From an uncultured Actinomycetes bacterium (GTDB taxonomy: Bacteria > Actinomycetota > Acidimicrobiia > IMCC26256 > DASPTH01): a DNA stretch of 64,000 nt. Shown one piece after another: positions 8,666 through 16,744 of the stretch. A program made the translations under genes and the position numbers. The stretch covers positions 441,915-505,914 of the forward strand of contig CAVSEI010000011.1 of the NCBI GenBank assembly GCA_963726965.1, in the 5' to 3' direction. The notes under the pieces are model-generated. The model searched no databases. It was given only the letters and a program-made list of their open reading frames with translations, and was not told the DNA's origin. How positions within the stretch are numbered: position 1 is the first letter of the stretch; every line of letters begins with the position of its first letter.

Positions 8666-10069
8666 ATGCGCGGAATCGTTTCCTGGGCCGCCTACCTGCC
8701 GTACCGAAGGCTTGATCGCACGCAGATCGCCCCGTTCGTCGGTCAGGGTGGGGGGAAGGGCACCCGCACGGTGGCGTCCTTCGACGAGGACTCCACCACG
8801 ATGGGGGTCGAAGCGGCGCGCCTCGCCCTCCGGGACCGCGACGTGACGCCGGCGCAGCTGTTGTTCGCCACCTCCTTCCCCGCGTACGCCGACAAGACCA
8901 ACGCCAGCGCGATCCATGCCGCCCTGCGTCTGCCGGCGAGCGCGCCGGCATTCGACCTGGGTGCATCGGTGCGCTCTGCGGTCGGCGGCCTCCTGCTCGG
9001 ACTGACCGGTACCGTCGACGCCGCCCTCGTGATCGGCGCCGACGTCCGCACCGGGCTGCCCGGGAGCGGTGAGGAGGCAGCCGGTGGTGACGCCGCGGCC
9101 GCATTCGTCGTGGGCGACGAGTCCGCGGGTCCACTCGTGGCCGAGTTCTTGGGATCGGCGAGCGTCACGGACGAATTCGTCGAGCGCTGGCGAGCGCCCG
9201 GAGAACTCCGGACCCGGGTGTGGGACGAGAAGTTCAGCGAGGTCACGTACGTCCCGTTGGGGGTGCAGGCATGGAACGCCGCGCTCGAATCGGCGGGGCT
9301 CACCGCGGGCGATGTCGCGGCCGCGGCGGTTGCGGCCCCTGCGCAGCGCGTGGCGCGCGCGGTCGGCGGCAAGCTCGACGGCGTGCACGTGATCGACGAT
9401 CTTTCGACGGTCGTCGGCAACTGCGCGGCTGCACAACCAGGCCTGTTGTTGGCGGCGTTGCTCGAACAGGCCGAATCCGGTCAGGTGCTGGCTCTCGTGG
9501 TCCTCGCTGACGGTGCTGACGTGTTGTTGTTCCGCGCCACCGATGGGTTGGCCTCGTACCGGCCTGCCCGCACCATCGCCGAGCAAGTCGCGGCCGGCGC
9601 GGCGCTGCCGTACGGCAAGTTCCTGGCGTGGCGCGGCATGTTGCCCGTCGAACCCCCCCGGCGCCCCGAGCCGCAACGCGTGTCGGCGACGGCCGCGGCG
9701 CGCAGCGAGGACTGGAAGTTCGGTTTTGTCGGGTCGAAGGAACGCGACACGGGAGTGGTGCACCTGCCGCCGGCGCGCGTGTCTCGCGATGGCGAGCACA
9801 CCGACGAGATGGAACCGGTCGCGCTCGCCGACGTCCGCGGCACCGTGGTCACGTTCACCATCGATCGCATGGCGTACTCACCCAGCCCACCCGTGGTGTT
9901 CGCGGTCGTGGACTTCGACGGCGGCGGGCGGCTCCCCCTCGAGCTCACCGACGCTGACGCCGACGAGATCGAGATCGGTCAACGGGTGGAGATGACGTTC
10001 CGTCGCCTCTTCACCGCCGACGGGATCGTCAACTACTTCTGGAAAGGGAGGTTGATGCGCGATGGCTAG
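8666..10069 (+). CDS. HMG-CoA-synthase-like (thiolase-fold) protein fused to a C-terminal DUF35/OB-fold domain; catalytic residues apparently substituted
   Basis: ATG 8666 is in frame inside ORF 7217..10069. The motifs VASFDEDSTTMGVEAARLAL, LVIGADVRTGLPGSGEEAAGGDAAAAFVV, DEFVERWRAP and VVGNCAAAQPGLLLAALL follow the HMGCS family pattern. The C-terminal VRGTVVTFTIDRMAYSPSPPVVFAVVDFDGGGRLPLELTD...IGQRVEMTF is a DUF35 OB-fold. The protein has only one Cys in total. Confidence 0.75.
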   Translation: MRGIVSWAAYLPYRRLDRTQIAPFVGQGGGKGTRTVASFDEDSTTMGVEAARLALRDRDVTPAQLLFATSFPAYADKTNASAIHAALRLPASAPAFDLGASVRSAVGGLLLGLTGTVDAALVIGADVRTGLPGSGEEAAGGDAAAAFVVGDESAGPLVAEFLGSASVTDEFVERWRAPGELRTRVWDEKFSEVTYVPLGVQAWNAALESAGLTAGDVAAAAVAAPAQRVARAVGGKLDGVHVIDDLSTVVGNCAAAQPGLLLAALLEQAESGQVLALVVLADGADVLLFRATDGLASYRPARTIAEQVAAGAALPYGKFLAWRGMLPVEPPRRPEPQRVSATAAARSEDWKFGFVGSKERDTGVVHLPPARVSRDGEHTDEMEPVALADVRGTVVTFTIDRMAYSPSPPVVFAVVDFDGGGRLPLELTDADADEIEIGQRVEMTFRRLFTADGIVNYFWKGRLMRDG

Positions 10070-11259
10070 CCACGGCATCAAGGATCGCGTCGCCATCGTC
10101 GGGATGGGGTGCACCAACTTCGTCGAGCACTGGGGCAAAGGGCTCGACGACCTGGTGATCGAAGCAGCCAACGAGGCCTATGCCGCCGCCGGGATGGACA
10201 AGCCTGATGTCGACGCGTACTGGCTCGGTACCGCCAACGGTGGTATGAGCGGCATCACGCTGGCGCGTCCGCTGCAGTTGGTCGACAAGCCCGTCACCCG
10301 GGTCGAGAACTACTGCGCGACGGGCGCGGAGTCGTTGCGGCAGGCCGCGTACGCGGTTGCATCCGGCGCCTACGACACCGCGATGGCGATCGGAGTCGAG
10401 AAGACGAAGGACGGCGGCTTCCAGGGGCTCAACGCGGTGGCCCCACCGAACGACGGGACCGGGCGCACGCTCACCGCCGCCGCGATGTTCTCGATGGTCG
10501 CGCCGGCCTACGCCGCGAAGTACGGCGTCGACCCCGACAAGATGCGTGAGGCGATGGCCCACGTGGCGTGGAAGAACCACTTCAACGGCGCGCGGAATTC
10601 ACGCCGCGCAGTTCCGGCGCGAGGTGTCGATCGAGACCATCTGCAACTCGCCGAAGATGGCAGGCGACCTGCGGGTGTTCGATTGCGCGGGCGTCGCCGA
10701 CGGTTCCGCGGCGGCAATCGTGTGTCGCGCCGAAGATGCGCACAAGTACACCGACACCCCCATCTTCGTGAAGGCGCTGTCGTTCATCGCCGGGAACGGC
10801 AGCGGCGTCACCGACCCGAGCTACGACTACACGAACTTCCCCGAGATCGCGGCGACCGCGCGCGACGCGTACGCCCAAGCGGGGATCACCGATCCACGTC
10901 GGGAGTTCGCACTCGCCGAGGTCCATGACTGCTTCACCATCACCGAGCTCGTGCTCATGGAGGACCTGGGGTTTTCCGAGCGGGGCGCCGTGTGGCGCGA
11001 TGAGCTCGACGGCGTCTACGACCTCGACGGCGAGCTGCCGGTCAACCCGGATGGCGGCTTGAAGTCGTTCGGCCACCCGGTCGGCGCGTCGGGATTGCGC
11101 ATGATGTTCGAGGCCTGGTTGCAGCTGCGGGGTGAAGCGCCGCCCGAGCGTCAGATCGAGGCGGCGAAGCCGGGCGGTGACCGCGGGTTGGCGCTGACCC
11201 ACAACCTCGGCGGCTACCCGGGCGAGATGGTCAGCTTCGTCTCGATCCTGGGGCGGTAG
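10062..11259 (+). pseudogene. SCP-x/Ltp-type thiolase-like protein (nonspecific lipid-transfer-protein thiolase family), one apparent frameshift
   Basis: ORF 10062..10928 (MASHGIKDRVAIVGMGCTNF...VENYCATGAESLRQAAYAVASG...AWKNHFNGARN) continues in ORF 10357..11259 (AAQFRREVSIETICNSPKMAGDLRVFDCAGVADGSAAAIV...NPDGGLKSFGHPVGASGLRMM). The frames join near 10595-10600 (+1 nt). The start overlaps the upstream gene by 8 nt. Confidence 0.8.
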
Positions 11260-11262
11260 ACC

Positions 11263-12000
11263 GTGTTCGACCTGAGCGGACGGGTGGCCGTCGTCACCGG
11301 CGCGGGGCAGAACGTCGGAGCGGGGATCGCACGCGCGCTGGCGGCGCGGGGTGCATCGGTGTTCGTGAACGACATCGTCGGTGAACGGGCAGCCGACACG
11401 GTGGCCCAGATCGCCGGCGCCGGGGGGACGGCCGCGGTCGCTCCGTTCGACGTCACCGACTACGACGACGTGACCGCGGCGATCAGCGACATCGGAACCG
11501 TCGACATCCTGGTCAACAACGCCGGCAACGGCGGCGCCGAGGGCATGGGTCTCGTGCAGTTCCGGGAAAGCGAACCGGCCGGATGGAACGGCGCGATCAA
11601 CGTGAACCTCTTCGGCGTCATGCATTGCGCGCGGGCCGTCGTCAACGGCATGTGCGAGCGCGGCTTCGGGCGCGTCATCACCATCTCGTCCGGCGCCGGC
11701 ATCACGGGACTCAACATCGGCGTGTCGCCCTATGCCGCCGGGAAGGGCGGCGCCATCTCGTTCATGCGCCACCTCGCGTCGGAGACGGCGCGCTACGGCG
11801 TCACCGCCAATTCATTGGCCCTCGGCATGATGCAGCCGGCGACTGCCGACGCGACTGCGGCGCTGGTCAAGCAGATCCCGGTACGGCGCACGGGCACGCC
11901 CGAAGACGTCGGCGCGGCGTGCGTCTATCTCGCGTCCGACGAAGCGTCGTGGATGACCGGTCAGACACTCCACCTCGACGGCGGTGCCACCTTCTCGTAG
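11263..12000 (+). CDS. short-chain dehydrogenase/reductase (SDR)
   Basis: Full ORF of 245 aa with a GTG start 4 nt after the upstream stop. It has VAVVTGAGQNVGAGIA (a TGxxxGxG-type motif), NNAG, and YAAGKGG (the YxxxK region). Confidence 0.85.
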   Translation: MFDLSGRVAVVTGAGQNVGAGIARALAARGASVFVNDIVGERAADTVAQIAGAGGTAAVAPFDVTDYDDVTAAISDIGTVDILVNNAGNGGAEGMGLVQFRESEPAGWNGAINVNLFGVMHCARAVVNGMCERGFGRVITISSGAGITGLNIGVSPYAAGKGGAISFMRHLASETARYGVTANSLALGMMQPATADATAALVKQIPVRRTGTPEDVGAACVYLASDEASWMTGQTLHLDGGATFS

Positions 12001-12028
12001 TCCCGAGCGCTCGTAGATCCCGACTGCG

Positions 12029-12949
12029 TCAGCCGGTGACGAGATCGGGACGGGAAGTGTGGACCAGGCGGGTGATGCCGTCCTTCCAGCCGACGGTCGA
12101 GTGGAATCCGAGGCCGTTGAGCTTGCCGACGTCGAGGATCAGCGGCGGGACGCTGGCGGCGGTGTGCTCGAACACCACCGGCTTGTCGATGAGCTCGCCG
12201 ATCAGACCGCACCACTCTTCGACGCTCACGACCTCGTCGCCACCCCAGTTGACGACGTTGGCCGGCGTCGAGGCCGACGCGAGCAGGTACGGGAGCGAAC
12301 CGACGATGTCGTCGAGGTTGAGCGGGTTGTACTGCGACGGCGCGTCGGGGTGCACCGGGATCGCCATGCCGTGTTCGAGCATCATCACGTGGAAGAACGG
12401 CCAACCGAAGGTGTCGCCGTACGGGACGCTCAGCCGCGCGATCACGGTCGGGATGTCGAGGCGTTTCGACGTGTACTGCACCATCGTCTCTGCCGCGATC
12501 TTGGTGATCGAGTAGCTCTCCATTCCCGCGGCGCGGTGGCTGTCACCGAGCGGTGCGTCTTCCTTCAGGTGATCGTGCTCGTGTTCCTGGTACACGCCGC
12601 CCGAGCTGCAGTGGAAGAACGCGGCGACGTCCTGACACCGCTCCATGAGGTGCGCGGCGCCGTCGGCGTTGGCGGCGAGGTCGCGGGCGAAGTCGTTGGT
12701 CTTCGCCACCGCGAAATGCAGCACGTAGTCGAGGCGGTCGGGCACCTCGTCGAGCTCGCCGTGCTCGAGGTCGACTCGGATGGTCGTGATCCCCGCAGCC
12801 TCGTGGCCCTCTCGTTGGGCCGGATCGGCAAAGCGCGCGGCGCCGTAGACCGTGTTGTCGACGGCCAACCGTGCGGCCATCGGTCCCGCGACCATGCCGG
12901 TCACGCCGGTGACGAGGATGCGTTTTCCCGAGAGAGAAGTGGTGCTCAT
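12029..12949 (-). CDS. NAD-dependent epimerase/dehydratase family protein (extended SDR)
   Basis: ORF 12029..12967. ATG at 12949 is preferred over TTG at 12967. The sequence reads MSTTSLSGKRILVTGVTGMVAGPMAARL...YSITKIAAE (YxxxK). Confidence 0.8.
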   Translation of the reverse strand: MSTTSLSGKRILVTGVTGMVAGPMAARLAVDNTVYGAARFADPAQREGHEAAGITTIRVDLEHGELDEVPDRLDYVLHFAVAKTNDFARDLAANADGAAHLMERCQDVAAFFHCSSGGVYQEHEHDHLKEDAPLGDSHRAAGMESYSITKIAAETMVQYTSKRLDIPTVIARLSVPYGDTFGWPFFHVMMLEHGMAIPVHPDAPSQYNPLNLDDIVGSLPYLLASASTPANVVNWGGDEVVSVEEWCGLIGELIDKPVVFEHTAASVPPLILDVGKLNGLGFHSTVGWKDGITRLVHTSRPDLVTG

Positions 12950-12980
12950 CGATGTAGTAGACCACAATCTGCCGGAGAAT

Positions 12981-12995
12981 CTGAAGGTCCGTCAG
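12981..12995. promoter_or_regulatory. palindromic operator-like site CTGAAG-GTC-CGTCAG (site 3 of 7, one arm mismatch)
   Basis: Lies in the 100-bp divergent region between epimerase start 12949 (-) and ACAD start 13050 (+). It is flanked T...A, giving TCTGAAGGTCCGTCAGA. Confidence 0.55.
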
Positions 12996-12998
12996 AAA

Positions 12999-13034
12999 CA
13001 CCTCCCTCACCTGAAGCACCTCCCTCACCCGAAG
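12999..13034 (+). repeat. 18-bp direct tandem repeat x2 (CACCTCCCTCACCTGAAG / CACCTCCCTCACCCGAAG), with a partial third unit following
   Basis: Read directly from the sequence, 17/18 identical. It starts 4 nt after operator-like site 3 and ends 15 nt before ATG 13050. Confidence 0.85.
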
Positions 13035-13049
13035 CACACCGGAGTTCTC

Positions 13050-14225
13050 ATGGAGATCGGATACACGCCAGAGCAGGAGGCGATGCGGTCGGAGCTGCGC
13101 GCCTACTACGACAAGCTCCTCGACCCCGAGACGGTCGCGAAGTTGTCGCACTCGCACGGCATCGGCCCCGAGATGCGCCGGGTCTGGAAGCAGATGTGCG
13201 CCGACGGATGGGCCGGCATCGGCTGGCCCAAGGAGTACGGCGGCAAGGGTGCGACCGCCATCGAGCAGTTCATCTTCTTCGACGAATCGATGCGCGCCGG
13301 CGCGCCCGTGCCGATGCTCACCATCAACACCGTGGGCCCGACCATCATGCGCTTCGGCACCGACGAGCAGAAAGACTTCTTCCTCCCGAAGATCCTCGCC
13401 GGCGACATCCATTTCTGCATCGGGTACTCGGAGCCCGGCGCCGGTACCGACCTGGCCGCGCTCCAGACCCGTGCCGTGCACGACGGCGAGTCCTACGTGA
13501 TCAACGGTCAGAAGATGTGGACGTCCCTCTCGAGCGACTCCGACTACTGCTGGCTCGCGGTGCGCACCGATCCTGACGCGGCAAAGCACAAGGGCATCTC
13601 GCTGATCATCGTCCCGATGGACACCCCCGGGATCACCCTGTCGCCGCTCAACCTGCTCGGCAGTCATGACATCAACGCGGTGTTCTACGAGGACGTCGTC
13701 GTCCCCGCCGCGAACGTCGTCGGTGGTGAGAACCACGGATGGAAGCTCATCACCAACCAGCTCAACCACGAACGCGTCACGCTGTGCGCGAGTGGCGTGA
13801 TGGAACGCGCGTTGAACGAGGTCACGGAATACGCGCAGGAGACCAAGCTTCCTGACGGCCGTCGGGTCATCGACCAGGAATGGGTGCAGCACAACCTCGC
13901 CAAGCTGCACGTGAAGGTCGAGATCGTGCGGCTCATGAACTGGCAGGTGGCCTGGGAAGCGACGCAGGGCGTCCTCGACATCGGCCACTGCTCCGCGCTC
14001 AAGGTGTTCGGCAGCGAGCTCAACATGGAGGGCTACCAGCTCCTCATGGAGATCCTCGGGCCGGTGTCCTACCTCGAGCCCGACGCGCCGGGCGCGGTGC
14101 TGCGTTCGCGCATGCAGCAGGGCACCCGCGGTTCGATCATCCTCACCTTCGGTGGTGGGGTCAACGAGATGCAACGCGACCTGATCTCCCAGTTCACGCT
14201 GGGCCTCCCGAGGGCTGACCGCTGA
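13050..14225 (+). CDS. acyl-CoA dehydrogenase (long partner of an adjacent pair)
   Basis: ATG 13050 is in frame in ORF 12852..14225. The sequence reads MEIGYTPEQEAMRSELRAYYDKLL...GWPKEYGGKGATAIEQFIFFDE...YSEPGAGTDLAALQTRA...FGGGVNEMQRDLISQFTLGLP. Confidence 0.9.
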   Translation: MEIGYTPEQEAMRSELRAYYDKLLDPETVAKLSHSHGIGPEMRRVWKQMCADGWAGIGWPKEYGGKGATAIEQFIFFDESMRAGAPVPMLTINTVGPTIMRFGTDEQKDFFLPKILAGDIHFCIGYSEPGAGTDLAALQTRAVHDGESYVINGQKMWTSLSSDSDYCWLAVRTDPDAAKHKGISLIIVPMDTPGITLSPLNLLGSHDINAVFYEDVVVPAANVVGGENHGWKLITNQLNHERVTLCASGVMERALNEVTEYAQETKLPDGRRVIDQEWVQHNLAKLHVKVEIVRLMNWQVAWEATQGVLDIGHCSALKVFGSELNMEGYQLLMEILGPVSYLEPDAPGAVLRSRMQQGTRGSIILTFGGGVNEMQRDLISQFTLGLPRADR

Positions 14226-15292
14226 TGGATTTCTCCTTCACCTCCGACCAACAGGATCTCCGCGAGCTCGCGGCGAAGATCCTCACCGACGCGACCACGC
14301 TCGAGCGGGTCAAGGCCGTCATCGCCGACGACGACGGCTTCGACCGGACGCTCTGGGCCGCGCTCGCCGACGCGGGGCTCGTCGGGATCTCGCTGCCCGA
14401 GTCCGTGGGTGGTGCCGGGCTCGGGTTCCTCGAGACGTGCATCGTGCTCGAGGAGGTCGGTCGCACGGCTGCGCCGGTCCCCGCGCTCGCGGTGATGGGA
14501 CTCGCGGCGCCCGCGCTCGTGCAGTTCGACGCGCTCGACGCGCTCGAGGGCGTCGCCGTCGGCACGCGCATCGTGACCGCCGCGCTCACTGAAGCCGTTG
14601 GTGACGCGTCGACCCCGTCGACGTCGGCGTCGTCCGACGGCAAGCTCACCGGCGAGAAGGTGTGTGTACCGGCGGGCCTGCTCGCCGAGTGCATCGTCGT
14701 GACCGCGGCTGATGGCTTGTACATCCTCGACCCGTCGAGTGCGGGCGTCACCGTCGAGCGCGAGGACACCATGCTGGGTTCGCCGATGGCGCGCCTGGTG
14801 ATGCGCGATGCGCCGGCAACGAAGATCGCCGGCCCGGAAGGCGTCGCCTGGATCCTCGAACGTGCGCAGACGGCGATGGCCGTCGTGATGTCGGGCGCGG
14901 CGGCGACTGCGCTCGAGCTCACCTCGACGTACGTGAAGGAACGCAAGCAGTTCGGCCGGGCGATCGGCACGTTCCAGGCCGTGAGCCAGCGCGCCGCCGA
15001 CACGTACATCAACAAGGAAGCCATCAAGCTCACGTCGTGGCAGGCGGCGTGGCGGCTCGACACCGGCAAGTCGGCGTCGACCCAGGTGGCGACGGCGAAG
15101 TACTGGGCGTCGCAAGGTGGGCAAGACGTGTTGCTGGCCGCACATCACCTGCACGGTGGTGTCGGGGTCGACCGCGACTATCCGCTGTACCGCTATTTCC
15201 TGCTGGCCAAGCAGATGGAGCTCGACCTCGGGTCCGAAACCCCCACGCTCATGAAGCTGGGCAAGATGATCGCCGACGCGCCCGTTCCTTGA
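14225..15292 (+). CDS. acyl-CoA dehydrogenase family protein (short partner; beta-subunit-like)
   Basis: Full ORF of 355 aa. The start overlaps the upstream stop (TGATG). It reads MDFSFTSDQQDLRELAAKIL...VKERKQFGRAIGTFQAVSQRAAD and lacks the C-terminal GxxE(I/M)QR motif. Confidence 0.85.
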   Translation: MDFSFTSDQQDLRELAAKILTDATTLERVKAVIADDDGFDRTLWAALADAGLVGISLPESVGGAGLGFLETCIVLEEVGRTAAPVPALAVMGLAAPALVQFDALDALEGVAVGTRIVTAALTEAVGDASTPSTSASSDGKLTGEKVCVPAGLLAECIVVTAADGLYILDPSSAGVTVEREDTMLGSPMARLVMRDAPATKIAGPEGVAWILERAQTAMAVVMSGAAATALELTSTYVKERKQFGRAIGTFQAVSQRAADTYINKEAIKLTSWQAAWRLDTGKSASTQVATAKYWASQGGQDVLLAAHHLHGGVGVDRDYPLYRYFLLAKQMELDLGSETPTLMKLGKMIADAPVP

Positions 15293-15810
15293 CCCGCGCG
15301 ACGCATGTCGGCCTCGGCCTCGCCGGGGTGCTGCTCGTCGTGTTGATCGCGTCCGGCGTCTGGTTGTGGTGGGACTACCGGCCCGGACCCGATCAGTGGA
15401 TTCGTGACGCGCACCAGGTTGCGGCAGACGCGCTGGTCGTGGTCGCGGTCGTCCTGGTCGTGGTCGCGATCCTGCAGCGCGCGCGCTCCCGTGTGCCCGG
15501 CGTCGTCGCTGCGTGCGGCGTCCTCGTCACCGTCGCCGGAGCCTGCATCACCGGGCGTCTGTTGCCGTGGGATCAGCTCGCGCTGTCGGCCGTGACCGTC
15601 GACGTCGGTGGCGGCGTGGATGCGGTCCTCACCAACCCGGTGAAGTTCGTGCTCATCGACGGGCGCGAACTCTCCCCGGCGGCGTACGACTTCTGGGCGT
15701 ACTCGCACCTCGCGCTCACGGTCCTCGTCGCGGTTGCGCTGGTGCTGGTCTGGTTCCGCACTCGAGATCTGCGCCCGGTGGACGCCGAGGAGCCGGTCAG
15801 ATCGTCGTGA
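15289..15810 (+). CDS. hypothetical integral membrane protein (about 4 TM segments)
   Basis: This is the distal part of ORF 15037..15810 and has strong GC3 coding bias. Hydrophobic helices include GLGLAGVLLVVLIASGVWLWW, ALVVVAVVLVVVAIL, VVAACGVLVTVAGACITG and LALTVLVAVALVLVWF. The start is uncertain (TTG 15289, or a GTG a few codons later). Confidence 0.45.
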   Translation: MTRATHVGLGLAGVLLVVLIASGVWLWWDYRPGPDQWIRDAHQVAADALVVVAVVLVVVAILQRARSRVPGVVAACGVLVTVAGACITGRLLPWDQLALSAVTVDVGGGVDAVLTNPVKFVLIDGRELSPAAYDFWAYSHLALTVLVAVALVLVWFRTRDLRPVDAEEPVRSS

Positions 15811-16711
15811 GGACGGGCGCGACCTCGGCGCTGAACGCCGCCATCTGGTCGCAGATCTCGTCGCAGCTCCGGGCCTTGAACCGCACCTGGATCTGGTTCA
15901 CGCCGTCAGGCGTCTCGGCGAGGATCTGCTCGGCGATGTCGCCGGGCGCGCCGCTGAGCACACCGTCACCGACGTCCCAACTCGGAGTGCCCACGTAGAG
16001 GAACGGCGTGATGTCCCCGATCATCATCGGCCGGTCGGCGCGGCCGTGCTCCTCGCGGAGTGCCTGCAGCTTGGTGACCATCTCGGCGTTCGACGGTCCC
16101 TGCGGGAGCCAGCCGTCGGCGTACGTCGCGGCGCGGCGGATCGCGGCCGCGCTCGACCCGGCGATCCAGATCGGGGGCCGCGGCGTCTGCACCGGGCGCG
16201 GCCGCGAACCGACGCCGTTGACGAACTCGTGCTCGAGCGCTTCGATGAGGGGCGGAAGCTTCTCCTCGACGATCTTGCCGCGGCGCGCGTGATCGATCCC
16301 GAGCGCGGCGAACTCCGCCTCGACGTGACCGGCGCCGATGCCGACGATCGCTCGACCACCTGAGAGGTAGTCGAGGGTCTCGAACTCCTTCGCCGCGATC
16401 AACGGATGGCGGTACGGCAGCACGTACGCGTGGGAGAGCAGGTTGGTACGTTCGGTGAGCCCTGCGAGCCACGACAACGTGCTGATGCAGTCCTGCCAGT
16501 ACGTGCCCATCGCGCCGGCCATCGACTCGGGGATCGCGATGTGGTCGCACACCGCGACGTAGAAGAAGCCGTGCTCGTCGGCGGTCTGCGCGACGCGCGC
16601 CAAATCGGCCGGGCCGGCAGTGAGTTCCCAGTCGGCGACGAACGTCTTGCTCTTCGACTGGATGGGAAGTTGGATGCCGAATACGCGGGTCCCCGCGGAA
16701 ATCTCGATCAT
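15797..16711 (-). CDS. LLM-class (luciferase-like) F420-dependent oxidoreductase family protein
   Basis: ATG 16711 lies within ORF 15797..17275. The sequence reads MIEISAGTRVFGIQLPIQ...FFYVAVCDHIAIPE...LSGGRAIVGIGAGHVEAEFAALGIDHARRGKIVEE...IWIAGSSAAAIRRAATYADGWLPQG. Confidence 0.8.
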   Translation of the reverse strand: MIEISAGTRVFGIQLPIQSKSKTFVADWELTAGPADLARVAQTADEHGFFYVAVCDHIAIPESMAGAMGTYWQDCISTLSWLAGLTERTNLLSHAYVLPYRHPLIAAKEFETLDYLSGGRAIVGIGAGHVEAEFAALGIDHARRGKIVEEKLPPLIEALEHEFVNGVGSRPRPVQTPRPPIWIAGSSAAAIRRAATYADGWLPQGPSNAEMVTKLQALREEHGRADRPMMIGDITPFLYVGTPSWDVGDGVLSGAPGDIAEQILAETPDGVNQIQVRFKARSCDEICDQMAAFSAEVAPVLTTI

Positions 16712-16744
16712 GGCGAGAACGTAGCCGCGGTAGGTTGCGCGGTT

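Noticed and set aside
7211-10069. An 862-aa minus-strand ORF and a 950-aa plus-strand ORF overlapping each other.
   Set aside because: Only the distal ~340 codons of the minus ORF (SBP body) and the distal 467 codons of the plus ORF (from ATG 8666) show protein-family sequence. The remainders are mutual antisense read-through.
10595-10600. A GAATTC (EcoRI) site exactly at a frameshift junction, and a second one at 34748..34753 next to another junction. I considered a cloning or engineering scar.
   Set aside because: There are only two instances. A handful of GAATTC sites is expected by chance in 64 kb even at this GC content. The other ~33 junctions show no restriction-site association and there is no vector-like sequence.
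15289-15810. Cytochrome b-like assignment for the small membrane protein, based on an ITGRLLPWDQLA motif resembling the cytochrome b LPWGQ loop.
   Set aside because: The helices lack the paired heme-ligand histidines, and the protein has only about 170 aa and about 4 TM segments. I kept it as a hypothetical membrane protein.
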